Positions 10,291 to 18,710 of a stretch of DNA of 59,272 nucleotides are shown here, in pieces. Position 1 is the stretch's first letter. Each line of letters starts with the position of its first letter. The notes under the pieces were generated by a model. The model did not search any database. It was given only the letters and a program-made list of their open reading frames with translations, and was not told where the DNA came from. The position numbers and the translations under genes were made by a program. The stretch lies in sequence record SRR2962707_2554. One strand, 5' to 3'.

Positions 10291-10982
10291 TTAGCTGTGC
10301 CTTCAGGTCGGATCAAACCAAAGAATGGTCGGAGACGCTCTCCAGGGCGGGGCAATTCCGGAAACACCCGCCACACGATATTGGACTTGGGGAAGGCCAC
10401 TACAGTTACGGTAAGGGCAATCAGCTTGAGGTACAGCAACACACTCCGGTTGGCTACGTACCATTCTTCCAACTCCCCTTTGTACGGCATTATGACATGA
10501 TCATAGAATTCATTAGGATCTTGGGCTGAATCCATCATTTCCTCTTCGTCGCGAAAGACGATAGAGCCGATTCCGGAAAGTCCTGGCCGGACGTTTTTGA
10601 TGACGATTTGCGACTTGCCAGGGAACGCATCGAAGCAACGTTGAGTCTGCGGGCGAGGTCCTATCACACTCATGTCCCCTAGCAGAATATTGATGAGCTG
10701 CGGTATCTCGTTAATCTTAGTCTTCCTTAGGAACCGACCAACTGGGAGGATGCGCGGATCTGCCTTTACTGTCACAGTGCCGGTGCCGACATTGGGACTG
10801 TCCTTGAGCATCGTGGCGAATTTGTAAAGCCCGAACTCTAGCCCGCCACGCCCCACGCGATTCTGCCGAAAAAAAATCTCGCCCTCTCCGGTACAGCGTA
10901 ACATGATCGCAATCGGCACAAGGAGCGGTGAGAAGAAAAACAGAGCAAGAGAAGAAAAGAGGATATCAAATAAACGCTGCAT
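10287..10982 (-). CDS. Small monotopic phosphoglycosyltransferase (sugar transferase)
   Basis: QRLFDI, KFATM, DPRI...GRFLRKTKINEIPQLINILLGDMSVIGPRP, VRPGLSG. Confidence 0.93.
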   Translation of the reverse strand: MQRLFDILFSSLALFFFSPLLVPIAIMLRCTGEGEIFFRQNRVGRGGLEFGLYKFATMLKDSPNVGTGTVTVKADPRILPVGRFLRKTKINEIPQLINILLGDMSVIGPRPQTQRCFDAFPGKSQIVIKNVRPGLSGIGSIVFRDEEEMMDSAQDPNEFYDHVIMPYKGELEEWYVANRSVLLYLKLIALTVTVVAFPKSNIVWRVFPELPRPGERLRPFFGLIRPEGTAK

Positions 10983-10985
10983 TGA

Positions 10986-12173
10986 TCACATCCGACTATC
11001 CAAGTATTTCCCAGTCTCTTTATGATCGAAATCTGGGATCATTTCGTTAAAAAGCTTTACTATTTCCGGTTTGTCCCATTTTGATTGAGCGCGGATGCGG
11101 TTTATTTCGGTAAGGAAGTCGTCCAGCTTGGCGCTGTCAAATTTCGGCTCATTCAGAATCACCCCAATCGACGCAAAGCGGCCCATGTCCAGCGTCTCGC
11201 TCTTGGTAAAGAACTCCTCGAAGTCCTTCTCGCCGGTGGTGTCGGAGGTGAAGAAATAGACCGGCCATTTCCGCTGGGCGATCAGCTCAGCCGCCCGTCC
11301 ACGTGCCTCGCCCTCGCTTGTACATTCATAGGGCTCATAGCCTCGCGCCTCGAGGTAGCGCACCGCGATGTCAGAAAACTTGGTCAGGTTCAGCGCCTCA
11401 GACAGTTTGGGGAAATAGATATCGCGATTACTGCCCGTCAGCGCCGACATTAGGCAAAGTTCGCCAGATTCCTGTGGGGTAACGAAATAGCGGCGCACGT
11501 CGTTAGGGGCTGAGATCGGTTGGCTTTTCGCCAGCCGCTGGCTGAACCCGTGCAGCAGCGAACCGTCTGAAAAGGCAACGTTTGCAAAGCGCGCAGTGGA
11601 AATAGCAATATGCCGGCTTTCCCGCATCAGGAACATCTCCATGATCCGCTTGCTCGCCCCCATCATGTTGACAGGGTTCGCGGCCTTGTCCGTGGAAACG
11701 CAGAAGTACTTGCGTACGCCGCTCGACCGTGAGGTGGCAAGTGTTGACAGTGTGTTGAGGATATTAACCTCAATCAGCCGCATCAGGCTAAATGGGTCTT
11801 TTTCGCTCCGCACATGCTTTAACGCCGAGAGGTTGAGAACGTAGTCATAGCCCATCTCGGCCGCCATTAACGCGTCATACTCGCGGCCGCCACAGTCGAT
11901 TGCGAAGGTGCGGAAATCGCCCTCGCCGTAGCCTAGCGTGCTACGGATGTCGCGCACCAGTTCAACCAGGTTGTTCTCACTGATGTCGACAACGTGCAGC
12001 GCGCGCGGATTGCGCTTGAAGATTTCACGAGTAACTGCTTGACCAATCGACCCAGCGCCACCGATGACTAGAAAGCGTGAGGTGCCGACAATTTCGCGAA
12101 GCACTTCCTCATGGGTTGAAATGTCTGCGTCGAACAGAGGGCTCGTGCGCCCGATTAAGTTCAGGATACTCAC
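10986..12173 (-). CDS. UDP-N-acetylglucosamine 4,6-dehydratase (LegB/PglF-like)
   Basis: GGAGSIG, ALKHV, STDKAANPVNMMGASK, RFANVAFSDGS. Confidence 0.9.
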   Translation of the reverse strand: MSILNLIGRTSPLFDADISTHEEVLREIVGTSRFLVIGGAGSIGQAVTREIFKRNPRALHVVDISENNLVELVRDIRSTLGYGEGDFRTFAIDCGGREYDALMAAEMGYDYVLNLSALKHVRSEKDPFSLMRLIEVNILNTLSTLATSRSSGVRKYFCVSTDKAANPVNMMGASKRIMEMFLMRESRHIAISTARFANVAFSDGSLLHGFSQRLAKSQPISAPNDVRRYFVTPQESGELCLMSALTGSNRDIYFPKLSEALNLTKFSDIAVRYLEARGYEPYECTSEGEARGRAAELIAQRKWPVYFFTSDTTGEKDFEEFFTKSETLDMGRFASIGVILNEPKFDSAKLDDFLTEINRIRAQSKWDKPEIVKLFNEMIPDFDHKETGKYLDSRM

Positions 12174-13345
12174 GGTTTCAATTTCTCAAATTCGCTTTCC
12201 GGCACGCTGGATGGTAAATTCACCACCCGCTCCACCAACCACTTGGCATTGTCCTGCCCATCGCTCTGACAATCTGCATACATCGGCAATTCAGTCATTA
12301 GTCGCCAGATTGGCCGAGTCATCACTCCGGCAGCATTGCTTTCCTCAAGCAGGGCATCGCGCTGCGCTCGGTTATCTAGCAGGATTGCATTCAGCCAGTA
12401 ATTGCCTTTTGTCCCATCAATCGCTTCAATAAACATCAGCCCGTGTTCGGTGCAGAATTCACGATAACGCGAGGCGACCTCGGCCTTAATCTTAAGTATT
12501 TGCGGTAAGGCTTCCATTTGCGCCACGCCAAGCGCAGCGTTGAGGTTAGGTAGCCGGTAATTGTAGCCGGTCTCGTCGTGGAAGAACTCGTAAGGATGCG
12601 GACACTTTGCAGTAGTAGTTAAGTGCTTCGTTCTCGCTTCAAGTTTTGCTATGTCCGTCACGATCATCCCACCACCTCCAGTGGTGATAATCTTATTGCC
12701 ATTGAAACTGAAAACAGCCATCTCACCGAACGAACCAACGTGCCGATCGCCAACATATGAGCCGAGAGCCTCAGCGGCGTCTTCGACCAACACGATACCG
12801 AATTCAAGGCAAACGCTGGCGATCTCTTCGATTCGACAGGGTATGCCGAAAGTGTGCATAGGAACACAGGCGGCGATACGGGCCCCTGTAACGATGTTTG
12901 TGCACAACCCATCATCACAGCGCGTGTTTGTTTTGAGCCATGTACGAAGCGAGGCTGGGCTCATGCCCAACGTATCACGGTCAACGTCGATGAAGACCGG
13001 ACGCGCTCCCAAGTAGCTGATAGCGTTAGCGGTAGCCACGAAGGTAAGGGCCTGCGACAACACCTCATCTCCGCCCTTCACACCTGCAACCAAGAGCGCA
13101 GCGTGAAGGGCCGCAGTCCCATTGACAGTCGCTATAGCATGCCCCACCCCAGTGAAAGCAGCAAGCTGCTTCTCAAATTGCGTTACACGGGCGCCTACAG
13201 ACGAAACATAATTTGAATCAATGCAGTCTGCCAAGTATTTCCGCTCATTCCTTTCAAACACGGGACGATGAAGCGGTATCGGCGCTTCACCATATATATC
13301 TTTTGCTAGTGAAATTAGTTCAAGGTATTCAGATTGCGTCTTCAT
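12170..13345 (-). CDS. LegC-family (DegT/DnrJ) sugar aminotransferase
   Basis: IPLHRP, NGTAALH, EDAAEALGS, FSFNGNKIITTGGGG, GYNYRLPNLNAALG; alternative ATG at 13351. Confidence 0.93.
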   Translation of the reverse strand: MKTQSEYLELISLAKDIYGEAPIPLHRPVFERNERKYLADCIDSNYVSSVGARVTQFEKQLAAFTGVGHAIATVNGTAALHAALLVAGVKGGDEVLSQALTFVATANAISYLGARPVFIDVDRDTLGMSPASLRTWLKTNTRCDDGLCTNIVTGARIAACVPMHTFGIPCRIEEIASVCLEFGIVLVEDAAEALGSYVGDRHVGSFGEMAVFSFNGNKIITTGGGGMIVTDIAKLEARTKHLTTTAKCPHPYEFFHDETGYNYRLPNLNAALGVAQMEALPQILKIKAEVASRYREFCTEHGLMFIEAIDGTKGNYWLNAILLDNRAQRDALLEESNAAGVMTRPIWRLMTELPMYADCQSDGQDNAKWLVERVVNLPSSVPESEFEKLKP

Positions 13346-13544
13346 ATGCATACCGTCGCTTGTCTTTAGCCGCAGAAATCTCCTCCAGCTTTAAGACCCA
13401 TTGCTTGACCAATTTTATTACATACCCCACATCACCAATACTGAACGCGATCAGATCGGCGGGATTCAGCTGCGAAATCACATGCTCGCCCTTCAGCAAC
13501 AGTCGAACATGTAATGTCATATTATCAAGAAGCTCGCTGAGCAT
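13329..13544 (-). pseudogene. Degenerate, 3'-truncated EPS-associated MarR-family regulator
   Basis: ISQ...SIGDVGYV...LKLEEISAAKDKRRYAY resembles the MarR_EPS pattern (SQRELA...SxGxVxY...NFxAAxDKRRYAY); stops 4 codons later and lacks the LTPKG C-terminal helix. Confidence 0.7.
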
Positions 13545-13559
13545 GTTTCAAATTTTTCT

Positions 13560-13571
13560 CAGGCTACCGCA
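13560..13571 (-). promoter_or_regulatory. ops-like (RfaH recruitment) element
   Basis: TGCGGTAGCCTG versus consensus GGCGGTAGnnTG, on the sense strand 15 nt upstream of the first ATG of the operon. Confidence 0.7.
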
Positions 13572-13817
13572 CAAGGATTGCCTTATAGCACCTAGATAAT
13601 AAAAAATTGATGTAACGAATTGGTTAAACATGAATTGCTGTATGGACGATAGCAAATGCTGTTATCGCACACAAGCTACAAATTCGACACCTCAAACTTC
13701 AACCGCCAATCGTGATATGGCAAAATTTACAGAATTTTTATATAAACACACAGAACACCTATGTAGTATCGCTATCCGCTTTAGTATTCAAGTGTAAATT
13801 ATTATTATACATTTCCG

Positions 13818-14072
13818 CGTAAAACCACTAATGACCATTCTGCCGCTCGTTGTTGCTGATTTATATCCTTTGCATGCGTTTTTTTGCGCATTCTCTATTC
13901 TTTCGATGATGCTTTGGCCGAACCATTCATGCCGAACGGTACGGCCATAGACCTCTACACAGGCATTTTGCTGCAGATTTTCCGGGCTGTACTTAGCTAA
14001 AAGCGATGCATTGCGTCTCTACCTAGCCCATCAGATTATCACTAACTTGTTCGGGGCGTTATAGAGTCGTAT
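13818..14072 (-). mobile_element. Decayed IS3-family transposase (integrase core C-terminus) remnant
   Basis: With stops and frameshifts it reads IRLYN-PEQVSDNLMG*VETQCIAFS*VQPGK-LQQNACVEVYGRTVRHEWFGQSIIERIENAQ, like IS3 OrfB IRVDNGPE...IQPGKPQQNAYIERYNRTVRHEW. Confidence 0.8.
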
Positions 14073-14125
14073 CGACATTCGTTTGCCGCGACAACTGCGG
14101 GATCAAATAGCAAAGGATTCGTGCC

Positions 14126-14254
14126 GTAGCGGCAGCGTGGGGCGCCAGAAAGTAACCATCGTTACTTCAGTCAATCAGCACCGTATAGCTCGGTCTTCTT
14201 CAGGCCCGCTTTGAAGCCAGTAACCGCCGCCCGCCTGCGCCACTTCGCGACCAC
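14126..14254 (-). mobile_element. Decayed IS481-family transposase fragment
   Basis: VVAKWRRRAAVTGFKAGLKK-PSYTVL...EVTMVTFWRPTLPL resembles TVAKWRKRATVEDLKTGPKEPRSTVL...MVVAFRRHTLLPL. Confidence 0.65.
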
Positions 14255-14281
14255 CTCGAGCCTGAGACCCAATCTTCCATT

Positions 14282-14773
14282 TTATGCCAATCGCAATTGC
14301 TTGGCATCCACCTTCACGCGCGTTTGTCCGCCCATGATATCCAACAGGACCCAGACACGTTGATCCGGCAGAATTTCATCAATATGCGCGAGGAAATGTG
14401 CCAAAGGACTGGATATCAGACTTACCTTGTCGCCAGGTTTGAGCGCATCCGGGGGCATCAGTTTGTTTGTATCATCGCAGCGGGATTGAATGTGCTCCAC
14501 CAGCTGATTTGGCACCGCGGCTGGACCGGCGCCAAAACTGACGAGTTTGGTCACCCCGTAGGTGGAGTTAACGCTGCGCCAGCTTCCCTTTTTGATATCC
14601 AGCCTGACAAAAACGTAGCCGGGAAACAGAGGTCTCATATTGGTGACGAATTTTCCGCGCCGCTGTGTGGTCGCTTCTTCCAAAGGAAGGAAAGTCTCGA
14701 AGCCTTGCCGTATCAAGTTTCGTTCCGCAATCCACGCACAATTTGGCTTGAGCTGGGTCAAATACCACGACAT
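14282..14773 (-). CDS. rfaH: RfaH/NusG-family transcription antiterminator
   Basis: MSWYLTQLKPN...AERNLIRQGFETFLP...PLFPGYVFV...VNSTYGV NGN domain plus KOW (PGDKV); start placed at ATG 14773 after AAGGG. Confidence 0.88.
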   Translation of the reverse strand: MSWYLTQLKPNCAWIAERNLIRQGFETFLPLEEATTQRRGKFVTNMRPLFPGYVFVRLDIKKGSWRSVNSTYGVTKLVSFGAGPAAVPNQLVEHIQSRCDDTNKLMPPDALKPGDKVSLISSPLAHFLAHIDEILPDQRVWVLLDIMGGQTRVKVDAKQLRLA

Positions 14774-14863
14774 ACAATTTCCCTTGACTGAAAGTTTGTT
14801 GATTTGGCCAATAGCTTGTTCAAGCCATGCGACCATTCGATTTTTTAAGTCAGGAAATGTTCT

Positions 14864-16312
14864 TTACCCGGCTGTTCGATGAGTTTGACGTCCCATTGCT
14901 GCAGCGACCAGTCGTGCCTGGTTGAGGGTCTGCGTTTCCGGCAGAGCCTCTCCCTTGAGAATGACCATGATTGTCCTAATGACGATCTTGATATCAACCG
15001 CAAGTGACATGTTCTTGACATACCAGGCGTCAAGTGCGGCCTTGTCTTCCGGGTTGATAATACGGCCACCGTGAACCTGTGCCCAACCGGTCAGGCCCGG
15101 ACGCACGCTCAATCTGATTTCGGGATTTGCCGGCTGATCAATGGGAAGCAGTGGACGCGGCCCGATGAAGGACATGTCGCCGAACAGGATGCTGAACAAT
15201 TGAGGCAGCTCGTCAATCCGGTACCGGCGTAGAGCAAATCCGAGAGGTGTGGTGCGCTCTTCATCCGGGATCTTTTTGCCGTGCCTGTCATGCCCGGCAC
15301 GCATTGTCCTTAGTTTGAACACTCTGATGAGCCGGCCACGATATCCCGGCCGCACCTGCCAGAACAGAACCGGGCTTCCAAGATCGATCAGGGTTGCTAA
15401 CCAGGAGAGCAGCATCAGCGGTGACGTTAGTACGATCAAGGTCATTGCGCCAAGAATATCGATCATCCGCTTGGCATAACTGTACCCGGTTGGCACAGTC
15501 ACATAGCGTGACAGTTCCTGTGCGGCAGACGCTGCTTTTTGAGTGCAAATGTTTGCAAAGCCCAGTCGATCTTCAAACATCTCGAGAGGGATCTCTCTCT
15601 CCTTTTCGATGTCGCGCAAGGCTTCACGAGATGCCTCGGACAGCTCGTCGAAACTGGTGGCAACGACGATCTCGTCCACGACCACACCGTGAACAGCCAA
15701 CCGGTTGATCTGTTCGGCAACATTCTGCGGATAATCAACCACCGGAACATTGCGCAGTGAACTGCCCATGAGGCGCTTGTTTTCGGTAAGCAGCCCAGCG
15801 ACGCGGATGTGCCCGCTGGATAGCTGATCAACGCATCTGAGGTAGATTTCTGCCAGATTGTCGGTACCGACCACCAGCACATGACGAACCTCGGTCTCCC
15901 CGGAGGGCAACTTCGAGCGGGAAAAAGTCGTTTCCGACTTGGTCATGCGCACATAGAGTCTTGCGGCGGCTGAAAACAACAGCGCAAAGAACGCCTGAAG
16001 CGGCGGAATCGAGCGGGCGATATCGGCCGCACGATCTATGACAAAACCAATCAGCGATGAAAAGGCGATTGCAATTCCGATGGTTATTGCCAATTGGGCC
16101 AGATCAGACAGCGTGAAATAACGCCAGACACGGTGCGTTACACCGGACGCAGCGAAAACCACCAGCCCGACGCCAAAGGCAATCGTGAGATGCAACGCAA
16201 CGCCATCACGCTCAAAAACGGCGGCGATTGAGCCCCAGCGAATGGCGAAAGCGCAAGCCGTTGCCACCACGAGAAACAGACAATCCATAAGAATACATAT
16301 CAAGCGACGCAT
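14864..16312 (-). CDS. Large priming phosphoglycosyltransferase (WcaJ/ExoY-like sugar transferase)
   Basis: N-terminal TMs, CoA-binding-like domain, then KRMIDI, KLRTM, IDELPQL, GDMSFIGPRP, RPGLTGWAQV. Confidence 0.92.
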   Translation of the reverse strand: MRRLICILMDCLFLVVATACAFAIRWGSIAAVFERDGVALHLTIAFGVGLVVFAASGVTHRVWRYFTLSDLAQLAITIGIAIAFSSLIGFVIDRAADIARSIPPLQAFFALLFSAAARLYVRMTKSETTFSRSKLPSGETEVRHVLVVGTDNLAEIYLRCVDQLSSGHIRVAGLLTENKRLMGSSLRNVPVVDYPQNVAEQINRLAVHGVVVDEIVVATSFDELSEASREALRDIEKEREIPLEMFEDRLGFANICTQKAASAAQELSRYVTVPTGYSYAKRMIDILGAMTLIVLTSPLMLLSWLATLIDLGSPVLFWQVRPGYRGRLIRVFKLRTMRAGHDRHGKKIPDEERTTPLGFALRRYRIDELPQLFSILFGDMSFIGPRPLLPIDQPANPEIRLSVRPGLTGWAQVHGGRIINPEDKAALDAWYVKNMSLAVDIKIVIRTIMVILKGEALPETQTLNQARLVAAAMGRQTHRTAG

Positions 16313-16326
16313 GACTGACCTGCCCG

Positions 16327-16342
16327 TTAAACAAGAATTAAC
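16327..16342. promoter_or_regulatory. CtrA box
   Basis: gTTAA-ACAAGAA-TTAAC, a perfect TTAA-N7-TTAAC about 15 nt upstream of the sugar transferase start. Confidence 0.65.
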
Positions 16343-16924
16343 CCATCAATAGTTGTAAACCCGCCAAGTTGCCAGTTCAACTTCAGATTTCAGTCTGTTT
16401 TCGAATTATTAAGGTTAATTCGGAGCAGATGCTGCTCAAAAATGGGGCAAGATGGACATCTCTTGATCTCTTTTGACGGAATTGGCTCGTTCGCCTTCAC
16501 AGCCGGCCGTTGGCCCACAAACCCGCTTAACGCCTAGCATGCGTGCCTTGACCCGAAGAGGCCACCAGGACCTGTGGCCCTGATCTGTGTCAGTCAGCGT
16601 CAGACACAGTTGCAGGGTTGCCAGTTGCAACTACCATTCAGTTGGCAGCAGCAACAGCGCCACGCCAAATGACGCCCTCATCTCGTTAAACGTGTTTTGA
16701 TGAGCTTTCGTGCGACTTTTTTCAGCTGAAGTTTAATTCAGCCACAAGGTGACGCTCTCACCATCTTCCTGTGCAAATCCACAAAAATTTGTCGAAGCAG
16801 GTTGCCGGATCCCGCGCAACAGGGCCTCTTGCCTCGGACAAACCACGAAGTTTTGCCGTTCATATTTCTGTGTTCATGAATTGCTAACTTCTGCTGGCCA
16901 AGATTGGCTCAGGAGGTAAGCGTC

Positions 16925-17182
16925 ATGCTTGTCAGTGCAACCCTGTTTTCTGCATTCGGTTTCTTGATCTCGGAAGAGACAAGAAACAGGCAAGCGTTGT
17001 TTGCCAGCGGCTTTTTCTTCGCCATTGTCGGCATGTGGGCAGCAAGCGGCGTTTCCGTCTCTGCCCTGGCAGCCTGCCTCACCGAATTTTTCATCTTTGC
17101 GCAAGCCGGGTTGTTTTTTGGGGTATTGCGCGCTGAAAACGCGATTGGATATTTTTTCAAACGCGCTCTTAGAATGGTCTGA
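16925..17182 (+). CDS. Small membrane protein, possibly ExoX/SyrA-like EPS regulator
   Basis: AGGAGG RBS before ATG 16925; 85 aa, about 3 TMs, QAGLFFGVL resembles ExoX QxGYFxxVL; divergent from the priming transferase. Confidence 0.6.
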   Translation: MLVSATLFSAFGFLISEETRNRQALFASGFFFAIVGMWAASGVSVSALAACLTEFFIFAQAGLFFGVLRAENAIGYFFKRALRMV

Positions 17183-17256
17183 ACGCCCTTGGCCTCATCC
17201 TGCCGTTACCGCTTCGCTGCCCAGACCTTGGCGCCGACCACTGCCCATAATCTCCG

Positions 17257-17544
17257 TCACTCGCAATAGGCGTTTCCATAGCCGTCAACATAGCACCGTC
17301 GTTGCGTTGCACCGATATGACCGGGCCTGGCGGATTTTCGCTGTGTGATGACACCGGGCCGCTGGCCGCCGATATGGCCGCTGACTTCACCATTGTCGAC
17401 ATCGACATCAAAATTCTGGTTGCCATAGGTACCGGTATAGCCGCCGGTCGCATTCGGCTCAGATTCAAAATTCCGGTATTGCGCTGATGCTTGTCCAACC
17501 ATCGCTGCGAACAGGATTGCTGCTGCGCCTAACAGATTTCTCAT
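17257..17544 (-). CDS. Small secreted Gly-rich hypothetical protein
   Basis: GAGGTG RBS; signal peptide MRNLLGAAAILFAAMVGQASA; 95 aa. Confidence 0.7.
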   Translation of the reverse strand: MRNLLGAAAILFAAMVGQASAQYRNFESEPNATGGYTGTYGNQNFDVDVDNGEVSGHIGGQRPGVITQRKSARPGHIGATQRRCYVDGYGNAYCE

Positions 17545-17836
17545 GAAGATCACCTCGCTTAGGGCAAATGTGGCGCTGACATCAGAAATGCCTGCACCCA
17601 AACCGATCCTTTGAACTTCAATGTAGGCCTGCCCGGCTTGCTGCAATAGCTTACACGTGCGGCACTGCATCGTCGTCAGAAGCCTCACCAAACCTTCGAA
17701 ATCATTGTGCCATTAGTAAGACGCATCCTGGCAATCATGCCATCCTTAGTATCGCCGTCCGGACATCACAACGACGAAGCCACAAAACACAGGTGCCGCA
17801 CCAAGCAAGCTGTTCGCCCAAGCATCGAAGGATGCC

Positions 17837-17852
17837 TTAACCGGCGATTTAC
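17837..17852 (+). promoter_or_regulatory. Near-consensus CtrA box upstream of BTLCP gene
   Basis: TTAA-CCGGCGA-TTTAC (one mismatch). Confidence 0.45.
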
Positions 17853-18047
17853 CAAGACGCGACAATAGAACCGCTGCCCCCTCCAAATATTCCGCCAAAT
17901 CGCCGTTGCCTAAAATTGAAACTATCGGCTTAAACCTACCGTGAGGTCTCTCCCCTAGAACTCATTGCAACGGAGCGTGGCAGGACTGGCTGAAACACCT
18001 GTCCAAGTGACTCCGGCACCATGAGAAGCAACACGGACGGGGAAGTC

Positions 18048-18638
18048 ATGAACAAGCTTATCAAAGTCACGACGGTCTTGCTGGCTTTTGGCCTTGCGGC
18101 ACCGCAATCCGCCTATGCATTTGGTCCGGCCGGCTTTGCAGCCGGGATCGGGAAAAGCAATTCCAGAGCGTTCATCAACACCAAGGGCACCACTCTCGCA
18201 CCCTTCGCTTTCGTCAAATACTGCGTCAACAATCCGCGCGATTGCTCCAAGGGCAGCGAGCGCGAGATTTCGATCACCAGTTCGCGCCTGCGCCAGTTGA
18301 GCAGGGTCAATGCCAGCGTCAATCGCTCCATGAAGGCAGTCAACGACAAGAAGGGCCAGGATGTCTGGCAGGCAGGCGCAAAATCCGGCGACTGTGAGGA
18401 CTTCGCGTTGACCAAGCGGCGCAAGCTGATCCAGCTCGGCTGGCCGTCAAGCCTGATGCGTATGGCCGTTGTGCGGACCGGCTCGGGTGAGGGACACGCG
18501 GTGCTGGTGGTCAAGACCCAGAAGGGTGACCTGGTGCTCGACAACCGTTTCAACTCGATCCGCAACTGGCGCCAGACCGATCTGCGCTGGGTCAAGATCC
18601 AGTCGGGCGACAACCCGCGCATCTGGTACAATCTCTAA
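18048..18638 (+). CDS. Transglutaminase-like cysteine peptidase (BTLCP; HvyA/LapG family)
   Basis: Signal peptide; GDCEDFALTKR, GEGHAVL, LVLDN giving a C-H-D triad. Confidence 0.93.
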   Translation: MNKLIKVTTVLLAFGLAAPQSAYAFGPAGFAAGIGKSNSRAFINTKGTTLAPFAFVKYCVNNPRDCSKGSEREISITSSRLRQLSRVNASVNRSMKAVNDKKGQDVWQAGAKSGDCEDFALTKRRKLIQLGWPSSLMRMAVVRTGSGEGHAVLVVKTQKGDLVLDNRFNSIRNWRQTDLRWVKIQSGDNPRIWYNL

Positions 18639-18710
18639 AACCGCAAGCAGCGGATAAAAAAGTCCAGCCTCGGCCATCGTGCACTCCCCCTGCGCGATGG
18701 CCGAGGCTTT

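Noticed and set aside
10986-13345. Complete legionaminic acid pathway
   Set aside because: No NeuB-like synthase, hydrolysing epimerase or cytidylyltransferase in the window, although genes beyond gmd are not visible
14129-14230. Additional ops-like strings (GCGGCAGCGTG on +, GGCGGTTA on -) and an AGTAAC hairpin
   Set aside because: They lie inside the IS481 remnant and are in the wrong orientation or mismatched
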